From positions 1 to 60,495 of the forward strand of contig MEWW01000016.1 of assembly GCA_001775475.1 (NCBI GenBank): 60,495 nt of DNA, in the 5' to 3' direction. Shown one piece after another: positions 39,576-49,115 of the stretch (its first letter is position 1; every line of letters begins with the position of its first letter). Both the position numbers and the translations under genes were made by a program. Source of the stretch: Candidatus Adlerbacteria bacterium RIFCSPHIGHO2_12_FULL_53_18. Lineage in GTDB: Bacteria; Patescibacteriota; Minisyncoccia; Phycocordibacterales; SBAW01. The notes under the pieces were generated by a model. The model was not told where the DNA came from and made no database searches. It was given only the letters and a program-made list of their open reading frames with translations.

Positions 39576-40388
39576 TTACCTGATTTCGTAGGTTACAGAG
39601 ACGTTGGAAACCACTTTGTTTTCACCAGTCGAGATCTCCGGGGCCTTTTGAGCCACGGCTGACTCTGCTCCACCCATGCCGTAAGCCATGTCGCGCGAGT
39701 AGTAAGGAATAGGATACCCACTGCCGCTCTCGTTAAAGGAGACGACGCGCACAAGGGAGACCCCGAGCGAGCGGGCAAGCACCTCTGCCTTTTGTTTAGC
39801 GTTTGCAATGGCCTTGTCGCGTGCCTCGGCTTCTACCGCGTCAGGGTTGTCAAAGGTAAAGTTGAGCCCCGAGACTTCACTTGCACCAAGACCTCCAACG
39901 CCTGTCAGAAGATCGCCCGCCGCCGCCGTGTCCCGCACTTTTACCGTGGTGGTCTGGCGCACTTCGTAACCGCGCAGACGCTGCTCGCCCGGGGGGCAGA
40001 TGCCGCCCGCTACGCAGGTTTGCTGTACCCAGTCGTACTGCGGATACACCGAGTAGCCGGTCGTTTGGATGTCGCGCTCGGCGACGCCCCCCTCTTTGAG
40101 GTACGCGGTTATTGCGTTTGCTTTAGTAGTCGCGTCGTCCTGCGCCGCCGCAACCGTTGACCTCTCCGACACGACGCTAAAGGTAAAGGTCGCAATGTCC
40201 GGCACCGCCACTGCTTCGCCGTAGCCCGATACGTTTATCGTATTCGCAGGCATTACCCCCGCGCCGATGTAATGCAGGTTCATAAACTCACCGAACGTTT
40301 TAACGCCCAAAAACACGACCAAGACCACGACTGCGCTTAAAATTGCCAAGCGCAGCTTTTCTCCCCGAGGACCCTCAAACATTTCCAT
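39576..40388 (-). CDS. SIMPL (DUF541) domain protein
   Basis: INVSGYGEAVAVPDIA, IQTTGYSVYPQY, ARDKAIANAKQKAEVLA. Confidence 0.92.
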   Translation of the reverse strand: MEMFEGPRGEKLRLAILSAVVVLVVFLGVKTFGEFMNLHYIGAGVMPANTINVSGYGEAVAVPDIATFTFSVVSERSTVAAAQDDATTKANAITAYLKEGGVAERDIQTTGYSVYPQYDWVQQTCVAGGICPPGEQRLRGYEVRQTTTVKVRDTAAAGDLLTGVGGLGASEVSGLNFTFDNPDAVEAEARDKAIANAKQKAEVLARSLGVSLVRVVSFNESGSGYPIPYYSRDMAYGMGGAESAVAQKAPEISTGENKVVSNVSVTYEIR

Positions 40389-40429
40389 ACCTTATAAAAA
40401 CTACTTAATAATGGTTCGCTTATATGACG

Positions 40430-41104
40430 CTATCGAACCGAATTAATTACAGCCATGATTTGCGCATACGGTAAGGCACCGCTTATCGGCACTTGCCTTT
40501 CCCCCGCCACTACTATCGTAAAGGGCGTGCCAGTGCCACCGTTTGCCTGGGCATCGAGCGCTTGCGCGTCTATTTTTGAAAGATATGTTTCGCTCTCAAC
40601 GCAGGCTCTGTACTGCGCGACATCCGCGCCAAACTCTCCCGCAAGCGCTTCGTAGCGGGCCTCGCTCATGCCGCTCTGCTCCGCAAACATGTCGTCTGCA
40701 AACGCCCAAAAACCCTCATTACCCAGCTGCTCGGCAATACATTCGGAGGCCAAGGCCGAAGGCAATGCCTGCGGGTGGATGCTCTCAAGAGGCAAATGCC
40801 GGTACACCCACGCTACTTCTCCCCCGGACTCTTCGACAATGCGCTGCAGTGTTGGGTGTATCATCGCGCAGAACGGGCATTGAAAGTCGGAGTATTCAAC
40901 AAGTACGATCGGGGCCTCCGGTGAGCCTATCCAGTGGTCGCTTGCACTCGGAGCCGCTACGTTTGCCTCAACTACCGGATCTTCAACGGCTACGGTAGGT
41001 TGCGCAGGGCCGAGGTTCACAAACAAAATCGCACCGGCCACAAAAACGCCCGCAAGCAGTATCGCAACCGAGGGTGTCAACTCAAACTTTTTTTCTTCTG
41101 GCAT
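40430..41104 (-). CDS. DsbA-family thiol-disulfide oxidoreductase
   Basis: VEYSDFQCPFC, YRHLPL, GTPF, GALPY. Confidence 0.93.
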   Translation of the reverse strand: MPEEKKFELTPSVAILLAGVFVAGAILFVNLGPAQPTVAVEDPVVEANVAAPSASDHWIGSPEAPIVLVEYSDFQCPFCAMIHPTLQRIVEESGGEVAWVYRHLPLESIHPQALPSALASECIAEQLGNEGFWAFADDMFAEQSGMSEARYEALAGEFGADVAQYRACVESETYLSKIDAQALDAQANGGTGTPFTIVVAGERQVPISGALPYAQIMAVINSVR

Positions 41105-41119
41105 ACTCTACACGCTAGC

Positions 41120-41596
41120 CTACTTCTTCTCTTTGAGCAAATCACGGATCTCCTCAAGCAAGCGTTCTTGCGCGGGCTTTTCATACGGCGGCGCAGGCTT
41201 CTGCTCCTCCTGCACAAAGAGACGCTTTCGAGCGCTTGAAATTATCTTAAAGACCAAAAAGATCGAAACCGCGATAAAAAAGAAATCGAATATTGCCTGC
41301 AAAAATGCGCCGTAGGTAAGAACGACATCGGACGCTCCGCCCGCGTCCTCCCGAAGTGTAACCGAGAGGTGTTTAAAGTCGGCGCTGCCGGTCATAAGGG
41401 CGATGGTTGGCGTGATGACATCCGCCACAAGCGAGCTTATGATTTTGCCGAAGGCGCCGCCGACGACTACGCCTATTGCCAGCTCCAAGGCGTTCCCCTT
41501 GATGGCAAACCCTTTAAACTCCTCAAGCACTCCGCGAGTTTTTTTAAGCATTTCTTCCGTTAGGTGTTCTTTTGATAGTTTGGTGAGCCTCCGCAT
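41120..41596 (-). CDS. mscL: Large-conductance mechanosensitive channel
   Basis: EFKGFAIKGNALELAIGVVVGGAFGKIISSLVADVITP, LLEEIRDLL; start uncertain. Confidence 0.95.
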   Translation of the reverse strand: MRRLTKLSKEHLTEEMLKKTRGVLEEFKGFAIKGNALELAIGVVVGGAFGKIISSLVADVITPTIALMTGSADFKHLSVTLREDAGGASDVVLTYGAFLQAIFDFFFIAVSIFLVFKIISSARKRLFVQEEQKPAPPYEKPAQERLLEEIRDLLKEKK

Positions 41597-41636
41597 TACA
41601 CCATATATGCCACACGCCGACTAGAGACTCCATGAA

Positions 41637-42068
41637 TTAGGAGTTTTTCTGCAGGCGCTCAAGGTCTTTGGCGAGTTTTTGCAGGCCCTGTCGGATTTCC
41701 TGGAGCGTCACTTTTTGCTCCTCTTTGCGCCGCTCGTCTTCCTTTTCCTCTTCGGTCATTTCCTCGACATCCTCCTGCAGCTCGTCGATGTCCTCCTGAA
41801 TTTCGTCGATGTCCTGCTCGACCTCCTCGAGACTCTCGGTTGTCTGGTTCACCGTAAGCTGGATAAAAATAGCGAGGTAAATCGCCTCAAGCGACACGAC
41901 GGTGGTGAGGATAAGCAGCATGCGGTCGAAGTTGAGCACCCCTGCCCATACTGCGCCAAAACTCACGACAAACAATATCGTGTGGACCGCAATAGACTCC
42001 ACCGACCCTATCCAGCGCGTAACAGAAAATACGGCGCCGCGCGTTCTTTTTTTCAAATCTTGCGCCAT
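41637..42068 (-). CDS. DUF1003-like membrane protein with acidic coiled coil
   Basis: WIGS..., LLILTTVVSLEAIYLAIFIQ. Confidence 0.75.
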   Translation of the reverse strand: MAQDLKKRTRGAVFSVTRWIGSVESIAVHTILFVVSFGAVWAGVLNFDRMLLILTTVVSLEAIYLAIFIQLTVNQTTESLEEVEQDIDEIQEDIDELQEDVEEMTEEEKEDERRKEEQKVTLQEIRQGLQKLAKDLERLQKNS

Positions 42069-42095
42069 ATAGAAAGAATACCACTAACTTTTATC

Positions 42096-42170
42096 TGGGT
42101 GCCTATCCGGATTCGAACCGGAATTGACTCCTCCACAGGGAGCAGTGTTAACCATTACACTATAGGCACC
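42096..42170 (-). tRNA. tRNA-His(GTG)
   Basis: GGTGCCTATAGTGTAATGGTTAACACT-GCTCC-CT-GTG-GA-GGAGT...GGTTCGAATCC; G-1 and C73 present. Confidence 0.95.
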
Positions 42171-42196
42171 ATGCACTGCTGACCGGGCACTATGCG

Positions 42197-43195
42197 CTAG
42201 AGAATACCTTTTTTAAGCGCTCTGCGCGAGGATATGTAGGCGAGGGTGACAAACATAAGGCCGATAAGTCCTATCACCGCCTCCGGGATATGTATCACGA
42301 GCCCTGCGAGCATGGCGAGCGCGAGCCCCAAAATTGCCCAGTGCGCGCCGTGCTCAAGATACTTCAGCGTCTCGAGCGTCTTTTTGCGCACAAGGTGGAC
42401 GGTGATGGTACGCACAAAGAACGCGCCAATGCCAAGACCAACAAAGATAATCGGAATAGCGGTGGTGAGTGCAAACGCACCGATAACACCGTCGAGTGAG
42501 AAGGCGGCATCAAGAATGTTGAGGTAGATAAAGAGCACGAGGCCTGTCTGCGTTGCCATGCTTGCCGCATGGCCGTTGTCCATGCGAAGCGTGTTTGCAA
42601 TGCCCTGAATCACGATAAAAAGGAGGATACCGATGCAGCCCGCTGCAAGTACCGGCCCCTGCGGCGCATGTGCGAGGTACGAGAGCATGAGCACGATTGA
42701 GAGCGCGAGTGCCAACTCTATCGCCTCTATTCTCCCCCAGCGCGCGAGCCGACTCTCAATCATTGCAAGCCAGTGCACCTTCTTGCCGACATCAAAGAAG
42801 TATTTGAGCGAGACCATGAGGAGAAACGCACCGCCGAAGGCGCCGATGAGCGGCGTTGCTTCAGCAAGGAGTCGCCCGTACTCTTCCGGATTTTCAAGCG
42901 CGAGAATCGCGGCGGTTATGGGCGAGACGAGAGCCGCGATGCTTACAATAATTGCCGGGAGAATAAGCCGTGTGCCGAAGACCGCAAACAGTATACCCCA
43001 GGTCAAGAAACGGCGTTGCCACTTCTCGCTCATTTGTGCGAGCACTTTCGCGTTAACGACTGCGTTGTCAAAGGAGAGCGTAACTTCGAGTACTGAGAGC
43101 AGACACGCAAGCAGAAATGCCGCCCACCCGCCCCATATGAAAATGGCCCCGAGTGCTACCACCGAAATTACGACTGGCGCGATAAAAAGTCTCAT
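42197..43195 (-). CDS. DUF475 / TerC-like membrane protein
   Basis: LEVTLSFDNAVVNA, DAAFSLDGVIGAFA, YLEHGAHWAI. Confidence 0.9.
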   Translation of the reverse strand: MRLFIAPVVISVVALGAIFIWGGWAAFLLACLLSVLEVTLSFDNAVVNAKVLAQMSEKWQRRFLTWGILFAVFGTRLILPAIIVSIAALVSPITAAILALENPEEYGRLLAEATPLIGAFGGAFLLMVSLKYFFDVGKKVHWLAMIESRLARWGRIEAIELALALSIVLMLSYLAHAPQGPVLAAGCIGILLFIVIQGIANTLRMDNGHAASMATQTGLVLFIYLNILDAAFSLDGVIGAFALTTAIPIIFVGLGIGAFFVRTITVHLVRKKTLETLKYLEHGAHWAILGLALAMLAGLVIHIPEAVIGLIGLMFVTLAYISSRRALKKGIL

Positions 43196-43215
43196 TGTGT
43201 ATTACAGAAAACCGG

Positions 43216-43297
43216 TGCCCGGGAGAGGACTCGAACCTCCACGCCTTGCGGCACATCCACCTCAAGGATGCTTGGCTACCAATTACAACACCCGGGC
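43216..43297 (-). tRNA. tRNA-Leu(GAG)
   Basis: GCCCGGG acceptor; CATCC-TT-GAG-GT-GGATG; long variable arm; GGTTCGAGTCC. Confidence 0.95.
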
Positions 43298-43303
43298 ATC
43301 CAC

Positions 43304-43771
43304 CTATTCTACTGCACCCTCTTGATTTACAGGGGTGGAGGGTGCTACCTCCTCAACCACTTCTGCAGGAGCAGCTACCTGCAACTGCCGGCGCATCGCA
43401 CGTTTGACGTCTCGAGCAGCCTTGCGGCGGATAAAGTAGAGCTTGGCGCGGCGCACTCGTGCGCGGCGCACCACTTCTATAGTGTCAACAAGCGGCGAGT
43501 ACAGCGGGAAAATGCGCTCCACCCCAACTCCGCTAGCGACACGGCGTACCGTAAACGTGGAGCCAGCCTCAGTGCCGTGTTTTACTGCCAAGACCGTGCC
43601 CTCAAAGGCCTGGCGGCGGGCACTTTTGGTAACCACCTCTTTTTTGTTTGCTGCCTTACCTTTTTTGAGCTCGACGATGTTTTGCCAGACACGCACGGTG
43701 TCTCCGGCACGCAGCGAGAGAGCTTGACGCGCCTTCATATCAACCGGTGAGACTTTAACTGCTGACTGCAT
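43304..43771 (-). CDS. rplS: 50S ribosomal protein L19
   Basis: RAGDTVRV, QAFEGTVL, TFTVRRVASGVGVERIFPLYSP, VRRAKLY. Confidence 0.97.
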   Translation of the reverse strand: MQSAVKVSPVDMKARQALSLRAGDTVRVWQNIVELKKGKAANKKEVVTKSARRQAFEGTVLAVKHGTEAGSTFTVRRVASGVGVERIFPLYSPLVDTIEVVRRARVRRAKLYFIRRKAARDVKRAMRRQLQVAAPAEVVEEVAPSTPVNQEGAVE

Positions 43772-43797
43772 TGCCGACACACTTTAACACACGAGAT

Positions 43798-44457
43798 TCA
43801 ACCCCGCAAACGCGCCTCTGCTGCAATAAAATCAGCAGGAAGCGGCGCCTCAAAGGTCATCTCGCGGCCCTGTGGATGCGTGAAGGTAAGGGAGAGCGCA
43901 TGGAGAGCCAGCCGCTCAAATCCAAGGAGTTTCGGCCTCCCCGGCGCGTATAAGGGGTCGCAGATAATCGGGTGCTGTATCGCCGAGAAGTGCACGCGGA
44001 TCTGGTGCGTGCGGCCGGTTTTTGGAAACACTTCTACGTACGCAGCGTCGGAGCCATTTTGGATGACCCGGTAGGTCGTGAGCGCGTCGCGGGTTGCGCC
44101 ATGCGGCAGGTGTGCCGAGCGCGGGCCCTTGCCGCCGCGCGCAGAGCCGATGGGCTTGTCGATGACCCCGCGCTCGGCCTTGAGTGCGCCGTATACAAAC
44201 GCGCGATACGTCTTTTTTATCTCTCTGTTTTGAAACTGGCTTTTTAAAAACTCGAACGCTTTTTCTGTCCGAGCCACCACTAAGACCCCGCTCGTCTCGC
44301 GGTCGATGCGATGCACGAGATGAAAGCCGGGATACTTTTTCTCAAGCCACTCGGTTAATGCCGGATAGTCATGCGTTTTGTCGGGATGCACGATAACGCC
44401 CGCAGGCTTGTTAATCACAAGCAAGTCATCGTCTACGTAAAGAATCTCTGGGTCCAT
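43798..44457 (-). CDS. RluA-family pseudouridine synthase
   Basis: VINKPAG, VHRIDRETSG, TGRTHQIRVH; the start is 4 nt after tRNA-Val. Confidence 0.95.
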   Translation of the reverse strand: MDPEILYVDDDLLVINKPAGVIVHPDKTHDYPALTEWLEKKYPGFHLVHRIDRETSGVLVVARTEKAFEFLKSQFQNREIKKTYRAFVYGALKAERGVIDKPIGSARGGKGPRSAHLPHGATRDALTTYRVIQNGSDAAYVEVFPKTGRTHQIRVHFSAIQHPIICDPLYAPGRPKLLGFERLALHALSLTFTHPQGREMTFEAPLPADFIAAEARLRG

Positions 44458-44461
44458 TGTG

Positions 44462-44534
44462 TGGGCGATACAGGACTCGAACCTGTGACCTTCCCCGTGT
44501 AAAGGGGTTGCTCTACCAACTGAGCTAATCGCCC
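44462..44534 (-). tRNA. tRNA-Val(TAC)
   Basis: GGGCGATTAGCTCAGTTGGTAGAGC...TT-TAC-AC...GGTTCGAGTCC. Confidence 0.95.
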
Positions 44535-44544
44535 ATCTTTCTCT

Positions 44545-44673
44545 GTGGTCACGAATAATTGCTCGCCGACGCTCACAATTTTCGCGACCCCGGCTCGCGG
44601 TTTTGCCATTGCAAAACATCGCTGCGCCTGGCTTACGTGTTGAAAAAACAAAGCAGTTTGTTTTTTCAACCGT
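44545..44673 (-). ncRNA. Structured tRNA-trailer motif, copy 1
   Basis: Three hairpins with CAGGCGC, GAGCCGG and GGTCGCGAA/TTCGTGACC blocks, shared with the copy after tRNA-Lys. Confidence 0.6.
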
Positions 44674-44674
44674 G

Positions 44675-44746
44675 TGCCCCTGCGAGGAATCGAACCTCGA
44701 ACAGCGGCTTAGAAGTCCGCGGTTATATCCATTTAACTACAGGGGC
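44675..44746 (-). tRNA. tRNA-Arg(TCT)
   Basis: GCCCCTGTAGTTAAATGGATATAAC...CT-TCT-AA...GGTTCGATTCC. Confidence 0.93.
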
Positions 44747-44799
44747 TCCCCCGACCCACACAACGGCATAATAAATGAAAAATGCCAATAGCGCGAGGG

Positions 44800-45465
44800 C
44801 TACCCTTGGGTCTTTTCCCACTCTTTAAGCGTTGAGCGGAAAAGGAGAAACCCGAGCGGGATAAGGATGGCCCCAGCAGCAAGCGCTGCCGGCAGTACCC
44901 ACCACAGCCCCAGGGTGAGCGCAGATCCGAGGCCCGCGAGCGCCATCGTGGGTATAAGCCCAATCGGCACATAGATAAGGAAAAATGGGATGAAGCTGAT
45001 GCGGGTTAGTCCTGCACCGTAGGCAACAACTTCAGGCGCAGGCATAAAGCACACTCGTGCTACAAGAAAACCCTTAACCGTACCCATCATCTTAAGCGCG
45101 CGGGCAAGAAACTTCTGGTCGTCGCCAAGAAACTTCTCGACCAGGTGTCGCCCGAAGATACGACTTAGGTAAAATGCGATAATCCCGCCAAGCGCGTCGC
45201 CAATCACAAGAAGACCTACTCCTTTCCAAAACCCGAAGAGTGCTCCTGCAAGCGGATAGAGCGGCGACCCGCCAAGAGGCGCGATGACAACGGTTGATGC
45301 TTTGGCGAGTATCAGGGCGAGCGGAGCCCAGAAGCCCGCGCGCTTAATGGTTTCCTGAACCTCGGTAAGGCCGAAGTAGCGCAACAGAACATAAATACCT
45401 CCCAAGATAACCGTAAGGCTAACTAAGCTTGTGAGAAGTTGTTTTTTTGATACGCCGGTTTCCAT
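44800..45465 (-). CDS. TVP38/DedA (SNARE-associated) membrane protein
   Basis: VVIAPLGGSPLYPLAGALFGFWKG, AYGAGLT. Confidence 0.88.
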   Translation of the reverse strand: METGVSKKQLLTSLVSLTVILGGIYVLLRYFGLTEVQETIKRAGFWAPLALILAKASTVVIAPLGGSPLYPLAGALFGFWKGVGLLVIGDALGGIIAFYLSRIFGRHLVEKFLGDDQKFLARALKMMGTVKGFLVARVCFMPAPEVVAYGAGLTRISFIPFFLIYVPIGLIPTMALAGLGSALTLGLWWVLPAALAAGAILIPLGFLLFRSTLKEWEKTQG

Positions 45466-45468
45466 ACT

Positions 45469-45798
45469 TTAATGTACGCGCGCGCCCGGAGCGCCGTTAC
45501 TTTCAAAAAGTGCGAAAGGAGTCTCGCCATCGCCTCCGGTTGCCATAATCATCGCCTGACTCTCTAAGCCCATCATCATCCTAGGCATCAAGTTCGTCAC
45601 AAACGGACACTTTTTGCCGACAAGTTCCTCGGGGTTTGGGAAATACGCCGCAATGCCAGAGAGCACTTGTCTCTCTTCACTTCCAAAATTAACCTTGAGC
45701 TTCAAGAGCTTGTCGCTCCCCTCTATCTTTTCGGCACTTTTAATTTCGCCGATCCGGATCTCTACTTTTTTAAAGTCGTCGATACTAATTGGTTCCAT
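45469..45798 (-). CDS. Stand-alone tRNA-binding OB-fold protein (MetRS C-terminal/Trbp111-like)
   Basis: ISIDDFKKVEIRIGEI, SDKLLKLKV, RQVLSGIA, GLESQAMI. Confidence 0.92.
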   Translation of the reverse strand: MEPISIDDFKKVEIRIGEIKSAEKIEGSDKLLKLKVNFGSEERQVLSGIAAYFPNPEELVGKKCPFVTNLMPRMMMGLESQAMIMATGGDGETPFALFESNGAPGARVH

Positions 45799-46201
45799 GT
45801 TGGCCCATTTTGTCTAAATATCCTTGTAAAATCAACGCGGCAGCAGAAGCGTCGAGGTCTTCCTGCTTTGCCCCCTCTCCTCTTTTATCAAGGCCTTGCC
45901 GCAGCGCCTGCGCGCTGGTCATGAACTCCGGCTCGTACTCAACCGTGAGAGAAGTGAATTCTGCCAAATCTTTCTTAAACTGCTCTATATCCTCCATCAC
46001 AGGGTTTGGCTGGTCTTTAAAGTTGCGCGACTCGCCTATCACGATTTTTTCTATGCGGTTGTCCTTGGCAAGCTGCGCGACCTCAGAAAGCGCCTGTGGC
46101 CCCGCCACAACGGTTGCGAGCGGGAACGCAATCGTCCCTGTTTCGTCCGACTGCGCAACGCCAATGCGCTTCGTACCGTAGTCGATGCCCAAATACTTCA
46201 T
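45785..46201 (-). CDS. ruvX: YqgF/RuvX family nuclease
   Basis: LGIDYGTKRIGVAQSD, DASAAALILQGYLD. Confidence 0.95.
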   Translation of the reverse strand: MKYLGIDYGTKRIGVAQSDETGTIAFPLATVVAGPQALSEVAQLAKDNRIEKIVIGESRNFKDQPNPVMEDIEQFKKDLAEFTSLTVEYEPEFMTSAQALRQGLDKRGEGAKQEDLDASAAALILQGYLDKMGQHGTN

Positions 46202-46251
46202 GTAGGTTCAGCATAGCGAACAATCACGAAAAAGTGTATCTTTTGGTGAAT

Positions 46252-46339
46252 GGAGGGGTGCGTGAGCGGTTGAAACGAGCAGTCTTGAAAACTGCCAGGT
46301 CGCAAGGCCTCGTGGGTTCGAATCCCACCCCCTCCGCCA
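46252..46339 (+). tRNA. tRNA-Ser(TGA), CCA encoded
   Basis: GGAGGGG acceptor; GCAGT-CT-TGA-AA-ACTGC; long variable arm. Confidence 0.96.
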
Positions 46340-46357
46340 GACTGATACAATACCATT

Positions 46358-46672
46358 GTGATAGACACTATAGACTTAGTACACGCAGCTATTATCACTT
46401 TAGTAGCGTTTTTGTTTTACACATTCCTAAAAAAGAAATCTTTTCTTACTGTATTGGAGTATTTCACGTTTGGCATTGCAGGAGCTTTTGTCGGTCTTTT
46501 ATTTGCAATAGGACTTGCGGATGCACCCTACTGGTGTTCCTATACCATTTGCGCGTGGTGGGGCACACTTTCTTCTATCACAGGAACATTAATCCCCGTT
46601 GGAGTTGGAACAATAGGCGCATTGGCATATACTCACTATAGGCAAAAACGCGCAAGCTTAAATAGTGTCTAA
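46358..46672 (+). CDS. Small AT-rich three-TM hypothetical protein
   Basis: 104-aa hydrophobic ORF right after tRNA-Ser. Confidence 0.55.
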   Translation: MIDTIDLVHAAIITLVAFLFYTFLKKKSFLTVLEYFTFGIAGAFVGLLFAIGLADAPYWCSYTICAWWGTLSSITGTLIPVGVGTIGALAYTHYRQKRASLNSV

Positions 46673-47487
46673 TAATCAAACTCGCCGCCTGAGAAGATGC
46701 GCTTGCCTTGCGGAAAGGCATCGATGCGCAACAAATCTGTTTCTTCAATCGTGAAGTCGAGCGACTCGAAATTCTCTTTGATGCGCTCTGGGGTTTTGCT
46801 CCGCGGAATCGCCACCATACCGCGCGAGACAATCCAGTTAAGGATTATCTGCGGTGCTGTCGCGCCGTACTTGTTTGCAAGCTCGACAAGCAGCGGCAGT
46901 TCCAGGTCTGCACCGCGCCCAAGGGGCGCATACGCGGTAATAATGATCCCGTGCTCGGCACAAAACTCGCGCAAATCTTTTTGATTGAAAGCCGGATGTG
47001 TCTCTACTTGGTTAACACTCACCTCAACTCCGGTTTGAAACGTGTCTTCGAGATGGTGCCTGGTAAAGTTGGAGACGCCAATAGCACGAATCTTCCCCGC
47101 ATCTTTCAGCTCCTGCATGGCCTTGAGTGTCTCTCCCACTGGCACCGCGCGGTTGGGCCAGTGAATTAAGAGTAGGTCGATGTAGTCGGTATTGAGTTCC
47201 TCTAAATAACGCTTGGTTGCACTCAGCACATCTTTATACGCATGGTCATCGCCATCGATTTTTGTCGTCAAGAAAATCTCCTCGCGCGGCACGCCGGAAC
47301 TTTTTATCCCTGCGGCAACCGCTTCGTGGTTGCCGTAGCTGTCGGCGGTGTCGAGGAGCCGATAGCCGACCTCAAGCGCGTGTCTAACCGCTTCTGCGCC
47401 AACGTTGCCCGTGAGCCTTGAGGTGCCGAAGCCCATGACCGGCATGGCAACGCCGGCCTTAAGCGCAAAAGTCTTCGTCATACGCAA
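46669..47487 (-). CDS. Aldo/keto reductase
   Basis: GYRLLDTADSYGN, YIDLLLIHWP, IRAIGVSNF, AIPRS. Confidence 0.96.
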   Translation of the reverse strand: MRMTKTFALKAGVAMPVMGFGTSRLTGNVGAEAVRHALEVGYRLLDTADSYGNHEAVAAGIKSSGVPREEIFLTTKIDGDDHAYKDVLSATKRYLEELNTDYIDLLLIHWPNRAVPVGETLKAMQELKDAGKIRAIGVSNFTRHHLEDTFQTGVEVSVNQVETHPAFNQKDLREFCAEHGIIITAYAPLGRGADLELPLLVELANKYGATAPQIILNWIVSRGMVAIPRSKTPERIKENFESLDFTIEETDLLRIDAFPQGKRIFSGGEFDY

Positions 47488-47524
47488 AAGTATATCAAAG
47501 AGGTGGTGTTATACTAAAAGCTAT

Positions 47525-47989
47525 ATGCCGGCAGAGGCTGAGATCTCATGGGTGGTGCGGCGCGCGCATCACGAGCGCAGTAACGACTGGTACTGGGGCC
47601 TGGGAGCCTTGGCGCTTGCAGGAGCACTTGCCTCTATTTTTTTCAGCAACATACTGCTTGCAATCATTATTATAATGAGTGCGGTGTCAGTCGGCGTCTT
47701 GGCATCACGCGAGCCGCGAGAGCACTCAGTCAAGCTCGACCGCCGCGGCATGGTGATAGACGGCACGCGCTACCCCTTTGCTTCCATACACTCATTTTGG
47801 GTCGAGCATGAGACAAGCTCGCCGCGGCTTTTTCTCAGCATGAACGGCATTGTCACCTCGCACTTCTCTTTTGAGCTTGAAGACGAAGCACAAGGCAGCC
47901 GTGTGCGCGAGTTCCTCAAGCAGTTCGCGCTGGAAGAAGAGCAGGGTCCGCACATAGGCGAGCATCTCGCGGAAATTTTCAAACTTTAG
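47525..47989 (+). CDS. Conserved two-TM hypothetical protein
   Basis: HERSNDWYW plus TM helices and a beta-rich C-terminal domain; start at MPAEA. Confidence 0.7.
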   Translation: MPAEAEISWVVRRAHHERSNDWYWGLGALALAGALASIFFSNILLAIIIIMSAVSVGVLASREPREHSVKLDRRGMVIDGTRYPFASIHSFWVEHETSSPRLFLSMNGIVTSHFSFELEDEAQGSRVREFLKQFALEEEQGPHIGEHLAEIFKL

Positions 47990-47996
47990 TTTTTTG

Positions 47997-48068
47997 TGCT
48001 TCCGGCAGGAATCGAACCTGCATCACCTCCTTCGGAGGGAGATATTCTATCCATTGAACTACGGAAGC
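47997..48068 (-). tRNA. tRNA-Arg(CCG)
   Basis: GCTTCCG...TCTCC-CT-CCG-AA-GGAGG...GGTTCGATTCC. Confidence 0.94.
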
Positions 48069-48103
48069 TAATGCTTCACTTATAACACTTTTACGTACGT
48101 TTG

Positions 48104-48175
48104 TGCTCCCGCGAGGAATCGAACCTCGATCACGAACTCCGCAAGCTCGCATTCTATCCGTTGAACTACGGGAGC
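48104..48175 (-). tRNA. tRNA-Arg(GCG)
   Basis: GCTCCCG...CGAGC-TT-GCG-GA-GTTCG...GGTTCGATTCC. Confidence 0.92.
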
Positions 48176-48184
48176 GTAGAAAGA

Positions 48185-48427
48185 TTATACCTTGAGCGCC
48201 TTCGACACCTTCGCTTTGCGGCGGGCAGCGGTATTTTTAGTCATGAGTCCGCGTTTTGCGGCTTTGTCTATAGCCTTGTACGCGGCTGCGAGCGCAGCCT
48301 TGTCGCCTTTCTTCGCCATGCGCACTGTCTTAAGCGCCCCCCGAAGCGCATCTCTGCGCACGTCGTTGAGGACCTTCCGGCGGAGGCTTTGACGGTGAGC
48401 TTTCTTGGCGGACTTCGTTATTGCCAT
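48185..48427 (-). CDS. rpsT: 30S ribosomal protein S20
   Basis: MAITKSAKKAHRQ, IDKAAKRGLMTKNTAARRK. Confidence 0.96.
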   Translation of the reverse strand: MAITKSAKKAHRQSLRRKVLNDVRRDALRGALKTVRMAKKGDKAALAAAYKAIDKAAKRGLMTKNTAARRKAKVSKALKV

Positions 48428-48521
48428 GCGCGAGATAGTAACGCAAAAATGCACGGAGCGCAACGCCTACCTACCGCCAGGCAGGTGGCGTCTTTGCCCC
48501 GCTCCCTCTATGATTAGCAGC

Positions 48522-49112
48522 ATGATAGGAAGGCTCGAGGGGGCGTGCGCAGGAACAACGCCGGAAGGCTCCGCGATTATCGACGTCGGGGGCGTGGGTT
48601 ACGCGGTGCATGTGACCGCACCGACCTTGGCGCGCCTTATCGACGGCAAAGCAGGCCGGGCTTCTCTCTTCATACATACTGCCGTTAGAGAAGACGCAAT
48701 AGATCTCTATGGGTTCGAGACCGGCGAGGAGCTTATGTTTTTTAAACAGCTGACCAGCGTCTCGGGCATCGGTCCAAAGTCGGCACTTGGGATACTTAAC
48801 CTCAACGAGGTTTCGCACCTAAAGCGCACCATCATGCAGGGCGATGCAACTGCTCTTATGCGTGTACACGGCATCGGCAAAAAGAGCGCGGAGCGTATAG
48901 TGGTTGAGCTCCGCGACAAAGTGGCGGGCGGGCGCGGTGCCATGGGCGGCGCGCAGGGAGTAGACGTCGAGGTGGTTGATGCGCTTTTGGCGCTTGGCTA
49001 CCGAGCAGAGGAGGCCCGGGCCGCACTTAAAGAAATAGGCCAGGACGATGCGGGTGTCTCCGAGCGCGTTGCCGCAGTGCTGAAGTATCTGGGCTCAGAG
49101 CGGTCGCGCTAA
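48522..49112 (+). CDS. ruvA: Holliday junction branch migration protein RuvA
   Basis: IIDVGGVGY, VREDAIDLYGF, VSGIGPKSAL, GIGKKSAERIVVEL. Confidence 0.97.
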   Translation: MIGRLEGACAGTTPEGSAIIDVGGVGYAVHVTAPTLARLIDGKAGRASLFIHTAVREDAIDLYGFETGEELMFFKQLTSVSGIGPKSALGILNLNEVSHLKRTIMQGDATALMRVHGIGKKSAERIVVELRDKVAGGRGAMGGAQGVDVEVVDALLALGYRAEEARAALKEIGQDDAGVSERVAAVLKYLGSERSR

Positions 49113-49115
49113 CGT

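Noticed and set aside
46252..47487. Genomic island at tRNA-Ser
   Set aside because: One AT-rich ORF follows, but I saw no integrase and no duplicated tRNA 3' end.
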